Below, piece after piece: positions 60,759-64,000 of a DNA stretch of 64,000 nucleotides. The DNA is from Escherichia phage vB_EcoM_G4498: sequence record NC_054918.1; one strand, written 5' to 3'. Position 1 is the first letter of the stretch, and every line of letters starts with the position of its first letter. Under the pieces are notes generated by a model. The model ran no database searches. It had not been told where the DNA came from and worked only from the letters and a program-made list of their open reading frames with translations. The position numbers were made by a program, and so were the translations under genes.

Positions 60759-62218
60759 AAACCAGTTACCTCATGAAAATCACCAAATACATCCTCGAAT
60801 GTATTAGCTTTAGTTTTATCTTCACGTAAACGAATCGCAATCGGAAGAAATAATTTAACGTAATCAGTGCGGCCATCAGATTTTAACCAACCGTTGCATT
60901 CGCACTCTAGAATTTTTCCAATATAATAATTTTGGTTTTCCATAATGCGAGTACGGTCAAGTTCATGCGATTTTACACCGGCTTTATCTTTTAAGCCTGA
61001 ACCAGCATTTACCTTAATTTTTCCACACTCTGATTCAAGAATAAATCCACCCGCTTTAGTAGGGTCTTTACGGTGAGGATAAATTCCTACAATTTTTAAA
61101 TCAACATCAATTACTTCTTTAAATTTATAGAGATTTTTTGAACGAGCATTTTCCCACAATCCATCGGTATTTTTGAGAATAATACCTTCAAGACCTTGGT
61201 CAATATACTTTTTATAAATTACCTTAGCTTCATCTAGGTTATTTACTACCTGGTTTTCAATTAAAATTACTTTATCATAACCTGATGTCATTTGTTCTAG
61301 TTTAGAAAAACGTACATCATATTTCAAACGAAATGCAGGAAGACCGTATATTTCTACCAACGGGACATAATCCCAGACCTGAAACTTCATGCATTGAGCT
61401 TCTTTTTCAGAAATGGTTCCCTTTAAAGATTTATTGGCGATGCCATTAGATGCAGTACGTGATTCAGCTACTTCGGCGAATTCTTTAGCTTTACTAATTT
61501 CAGGATAAGCATCAAAAAGAAAATCTAGGCCTTCTGGCTCCTTTTCAACTTGCTCATGGTATACCAATTCGCCATCAATTAACACACCTTCTGGATGAAT
61601 CTGGCGAGCTTCTGCAGTCATTTTGATTAACTCTTCCTTAAGAAGATCTAATCCTAGATATTCATTACCAGCTCGTGATAAAAGACGAACATCATCTAAT
61701 TCATCACCTCTGACTTCAGCAAAACACCGAGCTCCATCAGCTTTTAACTGGGCAAAGGCTGGAAATTTGATATTCTTATTAATGCCTTTTTCATCATAAG
61801 AACTTGCAAGCATTTGAGGTTGTTCAGGAATTAAACCTGGCCAAACTTTGTTTGCAATAGATACTGAAGCACCGCATTCAAGGTCTCGCATCATCACCCG
61901 ACGCAAAACTTCAACATCATCTTTTTTACCGTCAGTAATATATCCAGTTAATTCCTCAATTGCCGCATTTCCAGTCAATTTCCGAGTAGCTAACGTGAAT
62001 TCAATGAAGTCAAGCATATCGGTAAGAGTCAACATTCCAAAACTCTGGGTAGCAATACCTGGTTTAGGCCATTTCTTGATATAATACTGTAACCCACGAG
62101 AATAAGTCAGACGATATACTCGTTTAAGCAATTCATTATCTTTATTCTTTTCAAGAATTGCTTGCTTCTGCTTAGTTGAACCAATAGATGCTATTTCGTT
62201 CAGAATTTTAAGAATCAT
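60755..62218 (-). CDS. 30: ATP-dependent DNA ligase gp30
   Basis: 487 aa; adenylation motif KADGAR; synteny next to alt. Confidence 0.95.
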   Translation of the reverse strand: MILKILNEIASIGSTKQKQAILEKNKDNELLKRVYRLTYSRGLQYYIKKWPKPGIATQSFGMLTLTDMLDFIEFTLATRKLTGNAAIEELTGYITDGKKDDVEVLRRVMMRDLECGASVSIANKVWPGLIPEQPQMLASSYDEKGINKNIKFPAFAQLKADGARCFAEVRGDELDDVRLLSRAGNEYLGLDLLKEELIKMTAEARQIHPEGVLIDGELVYHEQVEKEPEGLDFLFDAYPEISKAKEFAEVAESRTASNGIANKSLKGTISEKEAQCMKFQVWDYVPLVEIYGLPAFRLKYDVRFSKLEQMTSGYDKVILIENQVVNNLDEAKVIYKKYIDQGLEGIILKNTDGLWENARSKNLYKFKEVIDVDLKIVGIYPHRKDPTKAGGFILESECGKIKVNAGSGLKDKAGVKSHELDRTRIMENQNYYIGKILECECNGWLKSDGRTDYVKLFLPIAIRLREDKTKANTFEDVFGDFHEVTGL

Positions 62219-62484
62219 TGTTCATCCTTTAGAGTTTGGTTTACAGCTCTATTATAAATCAATTCATCATTAAGCTCAGTCAAAGACCTGTGGTACGTGG
62301 TTCTAACTTTATTTCCTTGCATCCAGTGCTTGACGTAAATGAAACCTTGCTCTACACATTTTTTAAAAATTCGTTCGTCTTTTTGAGCTCGGAATTCTGG
62401 ATTGCATCTAAAAAATTGATTTACGTGACCGTAATCACGTGTAGTATTACCTTCATTTTCATAAATAGTATGAACAACAAACAT
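62215..62484 (-). CDS. Hypothetical protein, 89 aa
   Basis: ORF translationally coupled (ATGA) to the ligase gene. Confidence 0.65.
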   Translation of the reverse strand: MFVVHTIYENEGNTTRDYGHVNQFFRCNPEFRAQKDERIFKKCVEQGFIYVKHWMQGNKVRTTYHRSLTELNDELIYNRAVNQTLKDEQ

Positions 62485-63323
62485 TAGAATGCTCCTTGGA
62501 AAATATTATCACCACTAGTAGGTCTATTATACAAATACTCTATGCCACCAGGTTTAATATAGTTCCATGTCTGAAACGGATGTGTCTGATATGGATGATA
62601 TAGATGATTATAAGGATTAAATCCAGGAGTTCTCCAGGTAGTGTTCCAAGGAAAAGAATCGTTTTTGATCATCTTCTCAATTACATCTTTTATAGCTTTT
62701 TCACTATCAAAACTTTCTTTATTTTCCTTTGGTGAAAAAAGCTTATTTTCTACATCATTCCATGTATAAACTCGCTGTGCAGTTTTTGGAATATTGTCAC
62801 GCTCTCCTCGAGCCATCCAATAAACAGGAACATTTAATATTTCACTCGCGTGATCGCAGTGGTGAGCGAGATCGTCAATATAACAAATTACGTTATATTT
62901 CTCTTTTGCCTTTTTGAACAACTCTTCTTTTGAAGAATCATGACCACACATCAATACTTCTGAGAAGGCACCAGGAAAAAGAGCATTCAAATTAAATTGA
63001 CGATTCAGCAGAGCGTCAATAGAATCACCCAATGCTGTAACAGCTACAAAATTATAATCTTCTTTTAATTTGTTAATTACACACAGGGCATCTTTATATG
63101 GAGACAAGTAACGAATAAAATCTGAACGATTGTATTTTTCAATTAACTTGACGCCAAGTTCTTCATCACAATTAAAGAGTTTACCAGGAGAAATAAATTT
63201 CTCATCTTGGATCATTTTTAAAATATGTTCTAACGGAAGATTATATTTCTGAGCAAAATAAGGAAGGCCTGATTGCCAGCTTAAACATACTCCATCAATA
63301 TCAGTTAAAATAGTAGGCTTCAT
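62484..63323 (-). CDS. HAD-superfamily hydrolase-like protein, 279 aa
   Basis: N-terminal motif ILTDIDGV (HAD motif I DxDG); TAATG overlap downstream. Confidence 0.65.
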   Translation of the reverse strand: MKPTILTDIDGVCLSWQSGLPYFAQKYNLPLEHILKMIQDEKFISPGKLFNCDEELGVKLIEKYNRSDFIRYLSPYKDALCVINKLKEDYNFVAVTALGDSIDALLNRQFNLNALFPGAFSEVLMCGHDSSKEELFKKAKEKYNVICYIDDLAHHCDHASEILNVPVYWMARGERDNIPKTAQRVYTWNDVENKLFSPKENKESFDSEKAIKDVIEKMIKNDSFPWNTTWRTPGFNPYNHLYHPYQTHPFQTWNYIKPGGIEYLYNRPTSGDNIFQGAF

Positions 63324-63778
63324 AGAGAGTCTCTTAATAGGTTTAACACATCAATAAATTCAGCTTCGGTTAATATTGTATCATCTTTTGTTAGACCACT
63401 AGCCATGCTGTGCTTCAAAACTTTTCCTTTCGAGGCGTGTAATGCATCACGAAAGCCCTTGTTTTGGATCGCTGCTTCAAAATATGCATTTGTGTATAAT
63501 TCTTTCCATGCTGGGGAGTATCTTGAAAACGGAACTCCAAGCCAGAAGAGGGTCCCACGGTCCTGAGCTCTAGCATAAGACCTTCCAGCTTGTTGGGCGG
63601 CAAGCCCGGATAACCCAAATATACGACGTTGTTGTTCAGCATTTTTCACCTTGCATCCTTGGAGGAATCCTTCAAGACCTCCGAATTGAATACCATCCAT
63701 GACGAAAGGCCATTGGGCGAAATTACTTAATGCACACGATGGCCATCTAAAATTGCTTCTAATCTCTAACTCAGACAT
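63320..63778 (-). CDS. NADAR / YbiA-like (DUF1768) protein, about 152 aa
   Basis: segment LSNFAQWPFVMDGIQFGGLEGFLQGCKV resembles the YbiA core FSNFAAWPIKVDGKTWPTSEHYFQAQKF as I recall it; track start at 63784 is TTG, ATG at 63778. Confidence 0.6.
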   Translation of the reverse strand: MSELEIRSNFRWPSCALSNFAQWPFVMDGIQFGGLEGFLQGCKVKNAEQQRRIFGLSGLAAQQAGRSYARAQDRGTLFWLGVPFSRYSPAWKELYTNAYFEAAIQNKGFRDALHASKGKVLKHSMASGLTKDDTILTEAEFIDVLNLLRDSL

Positions 63779-63977
63779 TTTCAATACTTATAATTTCAAC
63801 ATCAGCCCAATGACCATAGCAAGGAAGACGAAATTCAACTGGCCAGTTAGGGTCCTTTTCTAATATAATAGACTTAACTTGTGGTTCTTCATGTTCATCA
63901 GTATATGGATTTTTATCTGTTACTTTATATGTGACCTTAATGTACTGAATTCCAAAAATCTTATTAATTATATTCAT
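63771..63977 (-). CDS. Hypothetical protein, 68 aa
   Basis: ORF with ATG and AAGGAA RBS; overlaps the downstream gene start. Confidence 0.6.
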   Translation of the reverse strand: MNIINKIFGIQYIKVTYKVTDKNPYTDEHEEPQVKSIILEKDPNWPVEFRLPCYGHWADVEIISIENV

Positions 63978-64000
63978 ACTAATTCCTTTAATCCGTAGAT

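Overview
This window is a T4-like (Tevenvirinae) myovirus genome segment, colinear with the T4 map from lysozyme e through DNA ligase gene 30. Identifications rest on reading the supplied ORF translations against recalled T4 protein families; no database search was run. Low coordinates (1-9600, minus strand) hold an early-gene accessory region: lysozyme e, NudE, small hypothetical and membrane proteins, a 10-tRNA cluster, a candidate stable-RNA locus, and seven genes with the N-terminal MKTYQEFIAEA-type capsid-targeting signature of T4 internal proteins. Most of these sit behind a repeated early-promoter/leader cassette. Then come 57B (Acb1-like 2H phosphoesterase), 57A and gene 1, followed by the conserved late structural module: genes 3, 2, 4, 53, 5-12, wac, 13-20, 67, 68, 21-24, then rnlB, hoc, inh, uvsW, uvsY, 25, 26, 51, 27-29, 48, 54. 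The window ends with two tandem Alt-type ADP-ribosyltransferase paralogs, DNA ligase, and a HAD-like plus NADAR/YbiA-like gene pair. Late promoters (TATAAATA) and GC-rich tetraloop hairpins punctuate the gene boundaries. The phage is close to T4 but not identical: lysozyme differs at a few residues from recalled T4L, Hoc is about 96 aa longer, and the tRNA set is larger. The best candidates for undescribed biology are the diversified internal-protein arsenal with its promoter cassettes, the duplicated Alt with adjacent NADAR/HAD genes, and the orphan genes between the tRNA cluster and 57B.
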